Source: an uncultured Bdellovibrionales bacterium
GTDB taxonomy: Bacteria > Patescibacteriota > Minisyncoccia > Moranbacterales > UBA1568
Assembly (NCBI GenBank): GCA_964530135.1
Contig: CAZGXN010000001.1
Span: forward strand, 68,110-132,109
DNA: 64,000 bases
Direction of reading: 5' to 3'
Below are positions 47,584 to 59,043 of the stretch, piece after piece (the first letter of the stretch is position 1; each line of letters starts with the position of its first letter). The notes below the pieces were generated by a model, which did not search any database, had not been told where the DNA came from, and worked only from the letters and a program-made list of their open reading frames with translations. The translations under genes were made by a program, and so were the position numbers.

Positions 47584-48246
47584 TTAGGCTTCAACAACTT
47601 CTTCAAACTTTTCTCCCTTGTATATCCACACCTTCACACCAATCACGCCATAGGTTGTTCGCGCCTCATATCGCGCAAAATCAACATCTGACCGAAGCGT
47701 ATGGAGCGGGATCTTCCCTCGAGACAGCCATTCACGCCGCGACATCTCTGCACCACCTAAACGGCCAGCGATCTCAATCTTCACACCGAGAATTGCCTTG
47801 TTTGCCTCAACCTGATCAAGCGTACCCTTGAGTACTCGCCGAAACGGGGTGCGTTTCTCGAGCTGCTCTGCCACTTGCTGTGCGACAAGCATCGCACTCT
47901 CTTCCATGTGTTTCACTTCTTGAACCTCCACCTTGAGATCAACTTTCTTTCCGGCGAAGAAACGCTTGCGGAGTACTCGAGTGAGGTCCTCAATACCTGT
48001 ACCTCCTCGACCGATAAGAACACCTGGGCGAGAAGTCCGGATAATGAGCTTCATCATACCCGTAGAGCGTTCAATCTCGACGCTCGCAATAGCAGCACTC
48101 TTCCATTGTTTTTGGATAAAACTTCGCATTTCAACATCTTTGCGGAGGTTGAGCCGCAAGCTCTTTTTGCTATCAGCAAACCAGCGTGACTGCCAGTCAG
48201 CGGTGATACCCAGCCGGATTCCAATTGGATTGGTCTTATTTCCCAT
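47584..48246 (-). CDS. rpsC: 30S ribosomal protein S3
   Basis: MGNKTNPIGIRLGITADWQSRWFA... Confidence 0.93.
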   Translation of the reverse strand: MGNKTNPIGIRLGITADWQSRWFADSKKSLRLNLRKDVEMRSFIQKQWKSAAIASVEIERSTGMMKLIIRTSRPGVLIGRGGTGIEDLTRVLRKRFFAGKKVDLKVEVQEVKHMEESAMLVAQQVAEQLEKRTPFRRVLKGTLDQVEANKAILGVKIEIAGRLGGAEMSRREWLSRGKIPLHTLRSDVDFARYEARTTYGVIGVKVWIYKGEKFEEVVEA

Positions 48247-48247
48247 A

Positions 48248-48685
48248 CTATTGAGCGTGCTTTTGTGGTTCAGATTTTTTATCGATCGTCGGAGTTTTCA
48301 CAACCGCTGGCTGAGTAACTTTCTGAGATGCTGGCTGACTAGCTGCTTTTGGAATCCGTTCATCCAAAATAATCTGGATCTTCGATGTCCGCCGGAGAAT
48401 CGGCGTTGCCTGACCAAAAGCTTTCGGGGTGAATCGTTTCAACCGAGCCCCATCACCAACGCGCACTTCTTTCACATACAGTGTTTCCTCTACCAATTTG
48501 AAATTATTTTTCGCATTAGCGATGGCACTCTTCAAAAGAACGGTGATTGGTTGAGAGCTCCGTTTCACTTGACGACGCAACTGAACGAGTGCTGCCGCCA
48601 CGGACAAGCCCACAATACTGTGAGTTACCAATCGCACCTTCCGAGGGGCGATACGGAGATTGTTCAAACGGGCTTCAACACGCAT
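48248..48685 (-). CDS. rplV: 50S ribosomal protein L22 (with C-terminal extension)
   Basis: L22 family sequence. Confidence 0.9.
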   Translation of the reverse strand: MRVEARLNNLRIAPRKVRLVTHSIVGLSVAAALVQLRRQVKRSSQPITVLLKSAIANAKNNFKLVEETLYVKEVRVGDGARLKRFTPKAFGQATPILRRTSKIQIILDERIPKAASQPASQKVTQPAVVKTPTIDKKSEPQKHAQ

Positions 48686-48696
48686 AGACGGGGGTA

Positions 48697-49035
48697 TTAT
48701 TTCTTGGTTGAGGAAGTTTTGGCGGCCTTGGCAGCATCGAGTTCACGCTGTTTGCTTGCCAATTCAATTTCCTTCTGCATCTTGCCACCGTGGCGGGTAA
48801 ATTTCCGAGTGAGTGAAAATTCACCCAAGCGATGACCCACCATTTCTTCTGTTACGAGCACCGGTACAAAATCCTTGCCATTATGCACACCAAAGGTAAA
48901 GCCTACCATCTCGGGAGCGATGACGCAAGGGCGCGACCAGGTCTTGATGACGGTGCGATCTCCATGCTTCCGACCTTCGAGCTTTTTCAAAACCCGTGGG
49001 TCAACATATGGTCCTTTTTTGAGACTGCGTGACAT
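48697..49035 (-). CDS. rpsS: 30S ribosomal protein S19
   Basis: [18 protein letters not shown]... Confidence 0.93.
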   Translation of the reverse strand: MSRSLKKGPYVDPRVLKKLEGRKHGDRTVIKTWSRPCVIAPEMVGFTFGVHNGKDFVPVLVTEEMVGHRLGEFSLTRKFTRHGGKMQKEIELASKQRELDAAKAAKTSSTKK

Positions 49036-49041
49036 AATAGA

Positions 49042-49869
49042 TTACTTCTTATTACGGCGGCGGATGATGTACTGATTCGTGCGATGCTTGCGCTTGCGGG
49101 TCTTTTTGCCAAGTGCGGGCTTCCCCCAAGGGGTCTTCGGATGCATACCGATCGGCTGTCGCCCTTCACCACCACCGTGCGGATGGTCAACTGGATTCAT
49201 AGCTGTACCGCGCACGGCTGGTCGACGATTCATATGTCGTGCCCGACCAGCTTTACCGATTCGTTCGGCACTGTGTTCAAAATTACTCATCTGACCGAGT
49301 GTCGCATAACAGTCTTTCGGGATGAGTCGAACCTCACTCGAAGAAAGCTTCACCTGAGCCATCGGACCATCCAGAGCCATAAGGGTCGCTTGAGATCCAG
49401 CACTCCGAACGATCTGACCGCCCTTACCCCGCTGCATTTCGATATTGCAGATAATAGTTCCAGCGGGAATATTGGAAAGGAGTAAGCGATTTCCGAGAGC
49501 GACAGGTGCTTCGGGGCCGGAAACGATAGTTTGCCCGACGCGCATATCATGCGTCGCCAGCACATAGCGCTTCTCGCCGTCAGCATAAGTCAGCAGAGCG
49601 ATCAATGCCGAGCGATTCGGATCCTTCTCAATGGCAACGATATTCGCTGGGATACCATGCTTATCCTGCTTGAAATCAATAATCCGATAGCGTCGCTTGG
49701 CGCCGCCACCCTGGTGACGGACCGAGATCTTGCCGAGTGAACGACCGGCCTTTTTCGGTAATGGAGCAAGCAATGCTTTTTCCGGCTTCTTGTCCGTCAA
49801 AGCATCTGGTTTTACGACTGACATAAAACGCCGACCAGCCGTATTCTTTTTGTAGATCTTGATGGCCAT
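49042..49869 (-). CDS. rplB: 50S ribosomal protein L2
   Basis: L2 family sequence. Confidence 0.93.
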   Translation of the reverse strand: MAIKIYKKNTAGRRFMSVVKPDALTDKKPEKALLAPLPKKAGRSLGKISVRHQGGGAKRRYRIIDFKQDKHGIPANIVAIEKDPNRSALIALLTYADGEKRYVLATHDMRVGQTIVSGPEAPVALGNRLLLSNIPAGTIICNIEMQRGKGGQIVRSAGSQATLMALDGPMAQVKLSSSEVRLIPKDCYATLGQMSNFEHSAERIGKAGRARHMNRRPAVRGTAMNPVDHPHGGGEGRQPIGMHPKTPWGKPALGKKTRKRKHRTNQYIIRRRNKK

Positions 49870-49874
49870 AAGCT

Positions 49875-50216
49875 TTAGATACCCGCTTGGAATAACTGAA
49901 TTGTTTCTCCTTTTTCGATACGCACAAGCGCTTTCTTTATCATGCTGCGCTTACCCGCAGTCTGACCATGCCGCTTCTGCTTTCCTGGGAGACGCACCAT
50001 ATTGACTGCGATCACTGAAACGCCGTACGCTTCCTCCACTGCTCGTTTCACCTCAGTCTTTGTCGCTGTCGCCGCCACCTGAAAAACATACTGGTCAAGA
50101 GCATTCACTGCATACGCCTTCTCAGTGATTCGGGGACGGATAAGCACGCGCGTCGCCAAAGAAGAGAGTTGTTTCTCTACTTTCACTTTCTGGGATGTCG
50201 TTTTCTGTGGTGCCAT
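49875..50216 (-). CDS. rplW: 50S ribosomal protein L23
   Basis: L23 family sequence. Confidence 0.9.
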   Translation of the reverse strand: MAPQKTTSQKVKVEKQLSSLATRVLIRPRITEKAYAVNALDQYVFQVAATATKTEVKRAVEEAYGVSVIAVNMVRLPGKQKRHGQTAGKRSMIKKALVRIEKGETIQLFQAGI

Positions 50217-50220
50217 ACAA

Positions 50221-50862
50221 TTACTTTTTCCAACTCTTAAAACGAGTGTCTATCTCCAAAAGTGCTGACTTACTCATCAAAATATATTCTGACTGCAACA
50301 AGTGCATAACATTGAGATCTGGATTATGGACTACCGTTACTGTCGGAATATTGCGCATCGCTTGTCCCTCAGACTGTTCAACAGTCATAAGGCTCACAGC
50401 TACCTTTCGAGGGCTAATAGCGAGCGCCTCAAGTGCTGTGTGAAAAGACTTCGTCTTCTTGTCTGAAACTGCCAATGCATCCGCCACAACCAGCTTACCC
50501 GTTCGAATTTTTTCAGAAAGCACAATCATGACGGCTTTCTGACGCATCTTTTGACTCACCTCACGATAAAAATTTCGATCTTTGGTTGGTCCATGCGTAA
50601 CACCACCCTTCCGCCACAGTGGACTCCGAACCGAACCAGCTCGAGCGCGACCTGTCCCCTTCTGTTTCCATGGTTTTTTTCCAGTACCAGCGCGTTCACC
50701 TCGATCTTTCGTGTGTGCGATAGGACTCCGGAGATTGCCCATCAAAACTGTAAAGACTTGGTGCACGAGTGCATCATTTCGTTCGACATTGAAAATCCGA
50801 TCATCGAGCTCGATCGTTTCGATGTCTTTTCCGGCCAGATTTTTGATAGTGATCTTTGACAT
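50221..50862 (-). CDS. rplD: 50S ribosomal protein L4
   Basis: L4 family sequence. Confidence 0.92.
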   Translation of the reverse strand: MSKITIKNLAGKDIETIELDDRIFNVERNDALVHQVFTVLMGNLRSPIAHTKDRGERAGTGKKPWKQKGTGRARAGSVRSPLWRKGGVTHGPTKDRNFYREVSQKMRQKAVMIVLSEKIRTGKLVVADALAVSDKKTKSFHTALEALAISPRKVAVSLMTVEQSEGQAMRNIPTVTVVHNPDLNVMHLLQSEYILMSKSALLEIDTRFKSWKK

Positions 50863-50880
50863 ATGTGATCTACGATCCGT

Positions 50881-51480
50881 TTACTGAGCGCTTCTGATCT
50901 CGACAATCCGACCGGTAACACCCGGAACGGCCCCACGGACACCAAGAATCCCTTTCTCAGCATCAACGAAATCAACGATGAGATTCTTTACAGTAAAACG
51001 ATCGGCGCCCATGCGACCAGCCATACGCCGACCCTTGATAACATGCTCTGGGAAAGTGGCCCCGATGGAACCCGGCTTGCGCAAATCATGCTTGCCACCA
51101 TGACTCGCCCGACCGCCAGCAAAGCCATGCCGCTTCACAACACCCTGAAAACCTTTGGCTTTGGTAATGCCCGAAACATGAACCTTGTCGCCAATCGCAA
51201 ACTGGGCCACCGTTACCGTCGATGCGAGCACCAATGTCTCGAGAGTTTTCGTGCCATCTTCCTGACTAGCATTATGCCGATCGAGACGAAACTCACGTGC
51301 CACTACCGACTTTTTCGTCTTGGGGTGTGCGAGTTGAACCGCAACATAGCCGTCCTTTTCAGTCGTTCGGTGAAGAGAAACTGTATTGGGTTCACACTCA
51401 ATAAGCGTTACATTCAAAGCACCCTTCGTCTCATCGAAGAGTGTTGTCATACCAAGTTTTTTTCCCAAAAGACACTTCAT
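50881..51480 (-). CDS. rplC: 50S ribosomal protein L3
   Basis: MKCLLGKKLGMTTLFDETKG... Confidence 0.93.
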   Translation of the reverse strand: MKCLLGKKLGMTTLFDETKGALNVTLIECEPNTVSLHRTTEKDGYVAVQLAHPKTKKSVVAREFRLDRHNASQEDGTKTLETLVLASTVTVAQFAIGDKVHVSGITKAKGFQGVVKRHGFAGGRASHGGKHDLRKPGSIGATFPEHVIKGRRMAGRMGADRFTVKNLIVDFVDAEKGILGVRGAVPGVTGRIVEIRSAQ

Positions 51481-51521
51481 ATCTATTCGTACTTTAACTT
51501 TCTGATTTCAACAAAAAAACT

Positions 51522-51560
51522 GGGTCAGCGTCCTGCGTGCCAGTTTTTTTCTGGCTCGCT
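51522..51560. terminator. Terminator/attenuator-like element: A7 - weak stem - T7, between rpsJ and rplC
   Basis: acaaaaaaaCTGGgtcagcgtcctgcgtgCCAGttttttt. The stem is only 4-5 bp, but the symmetric A/T runs are striking. Confidence 0.35.
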
Positions 51561-51627
51561 TAGTATCCTTTCTTCGACACACATTCCGGTAGGAAGAAGG
51601 GACTTGAACGAGTATGCTCTTTGTATG

Positions 51628-51744
51628 ATTCCTTGGTTCGAGGACAATTCACGGCGCATACTCGAGAAGTGGGAGATATACCTCTCGGAGTACGATATGG
51701 GACACTCGTGACCACAGACATGAAGTGTTCCGAACCAAGGAATC
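51628..51744 (-). ncRNA. Approx. 117-nt imperfect long hairpin (nested inverted repeats) immediately downstream of the rpsJ stop; candidate cis-regulatory RNA structure
   Basis: Outer arms gattccttggttcg (51628-51640) and cgaaccaaggaatc (51731-51744). Inner arms catactcgaga and tctcggagtacg. Confidence 0.4.
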
Positions 51745-52073
51745 TACATTTTAATTTCGATATCCACACCCGCTGGCAAATCGAGATTCGTGAGATTTTC
51801 GATAGTTTTCGCGTTGGGATTCAGGATGTCGATGAGACGCTTGTGGACCCGCATCTCATACTGATCGCGCGAGTTCTTATGGACGAAGGTCGAGCGATTG
51901 ACCGTCACCTTGTGAATCTCGGTTGGGAGCGGGACGGGGCCTGTGATCTCAGCACCGGTACGCTCAGCCGTTTCGACAATCTTTCGAGCTGACTGGTCGA
52001 TGACCTTGTGGTCATAGGCCTTGATCTTGATTCGAACCCGCGTCGCTACTTCTTCTTTTTTCTTGATAGCCAT
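51744..52073 (-). CDS. rpsJ: 30S ribosomal protein S10
   Basis: S10 family sequence. Confidence 0.93.
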   Translation of the reverse strand: MAIKKKEEVATRVRIKIKAYDHKVIDQSARKIVETAERTGAEITGPVPLPTEIHKVTVNRSTFVHKNSRDQYEMRVHKRLIDILNPNAKTIENLTNLDLPAGVDIEIKM

Positions 52074-52150
52074 GATTGTGAATGAGTTCTTTTGAGAGAA
52101 CAGTTACCCCGCTTTTCGCGAAAGGCGGGGCTCAATTCTATCAAAATAAT

Positions 52151-53344
<1,194 letters not shown>

Positions 53345-53483
53345 ACTGTTGACTGACACCCTGATCCGTCTTTGACGAATTTTCGGTGCCCACCTTAAGT
53401 GAATAATTTATTACGAAAAATTTTCATTTTCCTGTTCCGTCCTTACCAACAGACAAAAACGGCTCAGGAAAGCGTCAATCAGG

Positions 53484-53512
53484 ATAATAGCAACCAGGGA
53501 AAATTCTGTCAA
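53484..53512 (-). promoter_or_regulatory. Putative tuf promoter on the minus strand (TTGACA-17-TATTAT)
   Basis: Minus strand reads TTGACAgaattttccctggttgcTATTAT, about 150 nt upstream of the tuf ATG. Confidence 0.45.
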
Positions 53513-53606
53513 CTCCAGCCGACTTTGCCATGCTGCCACCGAGAAAAACGGCTTATTCTTGGACCATTTTCAATCTATATTTTCCAAAAAATTGTCGAAT
53601 ATCCCA

Positions 53607-53635
53607 TTGACAGGCCTGTTCGAGCACTGTACAGT
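53607..53635 (+). promoter_or_regulatory. Putative promoter TTGACA-17-TACAGT for the plus-strand inserted gene
   Basis: ttgaca at 53607-53612 and tacagt at 53630-53635. A GGAG RBS at 53664 precedes the ATG at 53677. Confidence 0.45.
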
Positions 53636-53676
53636 GGCGGCGTATTCAACCGTATCTTACCAACTGGAGCAAAACA

Positions 53677-54170
53677 TGGCCTCACTGGAACTGCTAGGCA
53701 AGAAATATCGGCTCTACCTCAACGGCGAGCGCAGAAGAGCTACCAATCCCCTTTGGAGTGATGCTGAACTCCTTGAAGAGACCGGCCAAGAAAACTTCGT
53801 CGGCCGAGGAAATATCTCGAACCAATCCAAACAAAACAGAATCGAACAATTTATCTTTACAACAGCACCAACCACAAATGGTTACGGGCTTGGTGATGAG
53901 CTCATCCTCCGTGCTGCATTGTTCAGTGAGCTCTGTGGCGATCCGTGCGAGACGGTTTTGCACCTCCTCCAGCAAAACGCTGCCTATATCATCGACCGGC
54001 TCTGCGAAATGCACCTCCAGACCATCGAAGATGAGAAGCGACGATTCGCAACGAGCGGACAGCCTGAGTATCGGTGGCTCATCCCCGAAATCACATTCGC
54101 CCCGCTCAGCCGTGACTTTCTCGCCCGCCATCTCTACGGCCGGGTACCGCTTACATTCGCCTCCTCATAG
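53677..54170 (+). CDS. Hypothetical protein (164 aa) inserted between fusA and tuf on the opposite strand
   Basis: Promoter and RBS as above; no recognisable domain. The track ORF begins at 53559. Confidence 0.5.
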
Positions 54171-54253
54171 CCCTTGCGGCGAATCAGCATTCCACCCCCT
54201 CCCCTCACCCGGATTCTCCACGCGAGTATCCGGACTATTTTTTTCACGAGTAA

Positions 54254-54619
54254 TCAGCGTCCGAAAGCATCCTCCAACGCTTGCCGGGCCATCTTTTCAT
54301 TGGCGGTCAGTCCGTGAAAACCGACTCCCTTACCGCGCTTTTCGGTACCATCCTTCAAGCGAACAATCACATCGATACGCATGAGTTTTTCCCCTTCAAA
54401 ATCCTGCGGACCACTCAGGGTAAACTCAGCCCGCGCTCCCGGTGCTTGCTGTTCAAGATTTTTTACCAATGACTCTCGTTGAAACGGTGTCAGTTCAAAA
54501 TTGAGTGAAATACTCTCCTTCCCACGCTCTGGCGCGGCCATCACTTCCGGAGATACGGCGCCAAACGCAGCGGCACTAGCTACTGCCCCAGCAGCTTTCA
54601 AGAAATTCCGCCGACTCAT
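54254..54619 (-). CDS. Small secreted protein with a twin-arginine (Tat) signal peptide (MSRRNFLKAAGAVASAAAFGA)
   Basis: Canonical S-R-R-x-F-L-K motif plus an A-rich h-region and an AxA site. The track ORF extends to 54697. Confidence 0.55.
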   Translation of the reverse strand: MSRRNFLKAAGAVASAAAFGAVSPEVMAAPERGKESISLNFELTPFQRESLVKNLEQQAPGARAEFTLSGPQDFEGEKLMRIDVIVRLKDGTEKRGKGVGFHGLTANEKMARQALEDAFGR

Positions 54620-54749
54620 CACTTTTTGATCTTCCGGAGAAAGTTCTGGCTGATTACTTACGGCTGGAGGAACGCTCTCAAAGCCTGACATACGCATATC
54701 GTTAAGATTATCTATCTATTCCCATTATACATCTCTATGATAAAACCGG

Positions 54750-54777
54750 CTCTTTCGAGCCGGTTTCTCATTCCGCA
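54750..54777 (-). terminator. Intrinsic terminator after fusA (AACCGGCTC-gaaa-GAGCCGGTT plus T-run on the minus strand)
   Basis: Perfect 9-bp stem with a GAAA loop, then TTTTAT on the minus strand. Confidence 0.65.
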
Positions 54778-54787
54778 TTCAAAGTTC

Positions 54788-56890
54788 TTATTCCTTCGCG
54801 GTCGTACCTGCCTTGGCTCCCATAATCTCTTCGGCTACATTACGCGGCACTTCCGCATAGTGTGAGAATTCCATGGAGTAACTAGCACGGCCCTGACTCA
54901 TCGAACGCATCTGGGTCGCATAACCAAACATACTGGCAAGTGGAACCTCGGCTGTCACTTCCTTCACCCGTGCATTGCCTTCGCCACGGTCCGTCATCTC
55001 CTTGATGATGCCACGCTTGGCGTTGAGATCACCGACGATATCGCCCATGAAGCTTTCCGGCATGATGACGGAAACTTTCATGATCGGCTCAAGGATGATC
55101 GGTTTGGCGCGACGCATCGCTTCCTTGAAGGCGAGCGAGCCCGCAATCTTGAAGGCGGCTTCTGATGAGTCGACATCGTGGAAGGATCCATCATACACCG
55201 TTGCTTTCACATCCACGACGGGATAACCAGCAAGGACACCAGTATTCGTCGCTTCTTCGATACCTTTGTTGATCGGTTTGATGAATTCTTGTGGAATGAC
55301 ACCACCCTTGGTCTCGTCGAAGAATTCATAACCTTTGCCCTGCTCATTCGGCTCAAGACGGATCCAACAATGACCATACTGACCACGACCACCCGACTGA
55401 CGGACATACTTGCCTTCAGCCTGCGCCATCTCGCGAATCGTTTCACGATAGGCGACCTGCGGACGACCGACATTCACTTCGACTTTGAATTCACGGCGCA
55501 TACGGTCGACAATGATATCGAGGTGAAGTTCGCCCATACCAGAGAGAATTGTCTGACCACTGTCTTCGTCTGTATGGACACGGAAGGTTGGATCTTCTTC
55601 GGAAAGTTTCTTCAGGGCGACACCCATCTTTTCTTGATCGGCTTTGGTCTTTGGTTCAACGGCAATATCGATGACTGGTTCCGGAAAAACGATATTTTCC
55701 AAAATAATTGGCGCTTCCGGATCGCAAAGCGTATCGCCAGTCATCGTTACTTTCATACCGACGAGCGCGCCAATATCACCCGCAGTCAAATCTTCAATTT
55801 CCTCGCGATGATTGGCGTGCATCCGGACGATACGGCCAACACGCTCTTTTTCATTTTTGGTAGAGTTTAAAACATACGATCCAGCCTTCACCGTGCCAGA
55901 ATAAACACGGAAAAATGTCAGTTGGCCAACAAAAGGGTCGGTCGCCACTTTGAACGCCAGCGCCGAAAATTTTTCATTGTCGTCCGTCTTACGAATGACA
56001 TCCTGTTCAGTCTTGACATCAATGCCAGTAACGGGGGGGATATCGATAGGTGATGGGAGGTAGTCAACGACAGCATCCAGGACGAGCTGCACACCCTTAT
56101 TCCGCAGAGCGGTGCCCGTCATAACCGGATGAAGACGAACCTCGATCGTTGCCTTACGCAACGCTGCCTTGAGCTCTTCAACGGAAATTTCTTCACCCGC
56201 CAAAAACTTCTCGGTCAATGCATCATCACTCTCAGCAATTTTCTCGACCATCTTCTCGCGCCACTCTTTAGCCTTTTCAAGGTATTCGGCCGGAATTTCG
56301 CTCTCGATGATAATCTCGCCCATATCACCGTCAAAGGTGTAGGCTTTCATCTTCATGAGATCGATGAGGCCATAGAAGTCTCCACGCAAACCCAAAGGAT
56401 ACTGGATGGCGACCGCGTTCGGCGTGAGACGATTCCAAATAGAAGAGAGGGCGTCTTCAAAGACCGCGCCTTCCTTGTCGATCTTGTTAATAAAGCACAT
56501 GCGCGGCACCTTGTATTTCTCTGCCTGACGCCAAACGGTTTCAGATTGCGGCTCGACACCCTCCTTACCATCAAACACGACAACGCCTCCGTCAAGGACG
56601 CGCAGCGAGCGCTCTACCTCAACCGTAAAGTCCACATGCCCAGGGGTATCGATGATATTGATGTGGTGATCTTTCCAATAACAAGTCGTTGCAGCCGAAG
56701 TAATCGTAATACCGCGCTCGCGTTCCTGCTCCATCCAATCCATAGTCGCCTCACCCTCATGCACCTCGCCAATCTTGTGGGTGATACCCGTGTAGAACAA
56801 GATGCGCTCGGTTGTCGTTGTTTTTCCGGCATCGATATGCGCGATAATACCGATATTGCGATACTTTTCAATGGCGATTTTGCGGGGCAT
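54788..56890 (-). CDS. fusA: Elongation factor G
   Basis: [15 protein letters not shown]... Confidence 0.95.
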   Translation of the reverse strand: MPRKIAIEKYRNIGIIAHIDAGKTTTTERILFYTGITHKIGEVHEGEATMDWMEQERERGITITSAATTCYWKDHHINIIDTPGHVDFTVEVERSLRVLDGGVVVFDGKEGVEPQSETVWRQAEKYKVPRMCFINKIDKEGAVFEDALSSIWNRLTPNAVAIQYPLGLRGDFYGLIDLMKMKAYTFDGDMGEIIIESEIPAEYLEKAKEWREKMVEKIAESDDALTEKFLAGEEISVEELKAALRKATIEVRLHPVMTGTALRNKGVQLVLDAVVDYLPSPIDIPPVTGIDVKTEQDVIRKTDDNEKFSALAFKVATDPFVGQLTFFRVYSGTVKAGSYVLNSTKNEKERVGRIVRMHANHREEIEDLTAGDIGALVGMKVTMTGDTLCDPEAPIILENIVFPEPVIDIAVEPKTKADQEKMGVALKKLSEEDPTFRVHTDEDSGQTILSGMGELHLDIIVDRMRREFKVEVNVGRPQVAYRETIREMAQAEGKYVRQSGGRGQYGHCWIRLEPNEQGKGYEFFDETKGGVIPQEFIKPINKGIEEATNTGVLAGYPVVDVKATVYDGSFHDVDSSEAAFKIAGSLAFKEAMRRAKPIILEPIMKVSVIMPESFMGDIVGDLNAKRGIIKEMTDRGEGNARVKEVTAEVPLASMFGYATQMRSMSQGRASYSMEFSHYAEVPRNVAEEIMGAKAGTTAKE

Positions 56891-56982
56891 ACATTTTATT
56901 ATTGAGGCATGAATAGAGAGGGTGAGGGCTCGGGCCCTTATACAGTCTATTGCATGTTTTATGAGCCTGATTTTATGAAAAC

Positions 56983-57450
56983 TTAGGCAAAGTGAGCAAA
57001 GGCCTTGTTGGCTTCCGCCATCCGATGCGTCTCATCACGCTTCTTCATGGCTGAACCAACTTTGTTTGAAGCATCGATGAGCTCGTCAGCGAGCTTCTCA
57101 GCCATCGACTTCCCCTTGCGGTTGCGACAGCTATCACGAATCCAGCGCATGGCGAGCACTTGGCGGCGTTCACTCGAAACCGGAACTGGGACTTGATAGT
57201 TGGCACCGCCGACACGCCGGCTCTTGAGCTGAAGCAGTGGGGCGACATTTTTGATCGCCTGTTCAAAAGTATTCAAGCCCGCTTTCTTGGTACGCTCGTA
57301 AATGATATCAAATGCATCGTAAATGATGCGCTCAGCGATGCTTTTCTTTCCCGCCCACATAATCATCCCGACGAAATGACCAACCAACGGATTCCCAAAA
57401 CGAGCGTCCGCCTTCCATTCTTTATCAAATTGTCGCTTTCTCCGTGGCAT
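56983..57450 (-). CDS. rpsG: 30S ribosomal protein S7
   Basis: S7 family sequence. Confidence 0.93.
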   Translation of the reverse strand: MPRRKRQFDKEWKADARFGNPLVGHFVGMIMWAGKKSIAERIIYDAFDIIYERTKKAGLNTFEQAIKNVAPLLQLKSRRVGGANYQVPVPVSSERRQVLAMRWIRDSCRNRKGKSMAEKLADELIDASNKVGSAMKKRDETHRMAEANKAFAHFA

Positions 57451-57469
57451 AAATCTCGTTCGCGCTTAC

Positions 57470-57889
57470 TTAGTCTTTTTTCTTCTCCTTCTTAGCTCCA
57501 TATTTAGAACGACTCTGTTTCCGTGTGTTCACACCAGCCGCATCAAAGATCCCACGGACAACATGATAACGCACCCCTGGGAGATCCTTCACGCGTCCAC
57601 CGCGAATCATGACGATTGAGTGCTCCTGGAGGTTGTGCCCTTCGCCCCCGATATAGGCGGTTACTTCCATACCGTTTGTGAGACGAACACGCGCGATCTT
57701 GCGAAGGGCTGAGTTCGGCTTCTTCGGCGTCATCGTTGTTACCTTGAGACAGACGCCCCGCTTATACGGGCTATCCGTCTTGGTGATACGGTTTTTGACG
57801 GTATTGATGACGAAGGTCATTGCGGGAGACTTCGATTTCTTCCGCGCAACTTTACGAGGGTGTTTGATGAGCTGGTTGATAGTAGCCAC
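57470..57889 (-). CDS. rpsL: 30S ribosomal protein S12
   Basis: [13 protein letters not shown]... Confidence 0.93.
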   Translation of the reverse strand: MATINQLIKHPRKVARKKSKSPAMTFVINTVKNRITKTDSPYKRGVCLKVTTMTPKKPNSALRKIARVRLTNGMEVTAYIGGEGHNLQEHSIVMIRGGRVKDLPGVRYHVVRGIFDAAGVNTRKQSRSKYGAKKEKKKD

Positions 57890-58128
57890 AAGTATGAATT
57901 TGATGAAATTTCTTTAGACAAACAAAAAAAGACGCTGTGTCGATGTGGAGCCAGTGTACCGGACAGGAAAGGGCTTGTCAACCACCCTCGCTATCAGACT
58001 ACCCTGGGGATATTTTCCAAATGCTTTTGAAATGCTCTATTCTTTCCCTGATCAAAGGAAAGGGGTCTGGTGTAAAGCAATCTCAAACCATATGCAACCT
58101 GATAACAAAAGCCAACTCCAGCCAAAAC

Positions 58129-58851
58129 TTATATTGTCAGACTAAGAAAGAAACGGAGAAATGTCGAAATAAAGGCACCGAGCGGTCCAGAGAAGAAAAG
58201 AATAATAATGAGAAGTAGGAAGAATCCATACTGTTCGAGCTGAAATTGAGTTTTCTCCCTGATGGGAAAAAGAGCAAACAACACCTTGGATCCATCCAAT
58301 GGCGGGATGGGTAGCAGATTGAAACAACCAAGCACGACATTCCAGAAGATGAGGAATAGGAGCAGCCCGAAAAAGATGCTCGAAAACGACCCGGTCATCG
58401 CTGTCGCGAGAAGTTCGAAGCGCTCAAGAAATTCGCCTCGGCCACTGATGATGCCGAGGAAACGCCCAAGGATATCTTGTTTGGCGAGAAGCGAGAGCGG
58501 CAGGATGGAGGCAAGAAAAGCTCCAATGAAAGCAAGAATAAAATTTGTCGCCGGTCCGGCAAGTGCAACCATGAGGGGGCCCCATTTCTGGTCACGCAGG
58601 TTGTATGGGTTATACGGTACCGGCTTGGCATAACCAAACGCAAATCCCGTTGTAACAAACAGTGCAATTGGAATGATGAAGGAGCCGAGTGGATCGACAT
58701 GACTCCAAGGAGAAAGCGTGATCCGACCGGCATATTTGGCTGTCAGGTCCCCGAGCCAGTACGCCATGACACCATGTGCCACCTCGTGCAGGATGACCGA
58801 GTAGACGAGCATGAAGAGATAGAATGCGACGAGGACAATTTCGCTGGACAT
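58129..58851 (-). CDS. Site-2 protease family (peptidase M50) membrane metalloprotease, no PDZ domain
   Basis: HEVAHG (HExxH) in TM1 and the ...NLLPIPPLDGSKV... LDG motif. Confidence 0.8.
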   Translation of the reverse strand: MSSEIVLVAFYLFMLVYSVILHEVAHGVMAYWLGDLTAKYAGRITLSPWSHVDPLGSFIIPIALFVTTGFAFGYAKPVPYNPYNLRDQKWGPLMVALAGPATNFILAFIGAFLASILPLSLLAKQDILGRFLGIISGRGEFLERFELLATAMTGSFSSIFFGLLLFLIFWNVVLGCFNLLPIPPLDGSKVLFALFPIREKTQFQLEQYGFFLLLIIILFFSGPLGAFISTFLRFFLSLTI

Positions 58852-59043
58852 ATGGGAGGGATGGGCGGTGTTAAGCTAAAATACACGGCAATGTGCAGGG
58901 AGACTATATCCAGAATACTGGACGAGACTCCCCTCTTGCCAGAGCTATAATAGCATGTTAGACTGGTCCTTGCTAAGCGCTTTTCCGGCGCTCTGTATGT
59001 TTCTCAGGCATTTTTCAGTATCAAGAAACTTTTTTCAACACCT

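Noticed and set aside
51628-51744. tRNA-like signal (ggttcgagg) in the rpsJ-rplC spacer
   Set aside because: No cloverleaf can be drawn and no acceptor stem or anticodon arm is present. The sequence instead forms one long nested hairpin. It is reported as a candidate regulatory RNA structure.
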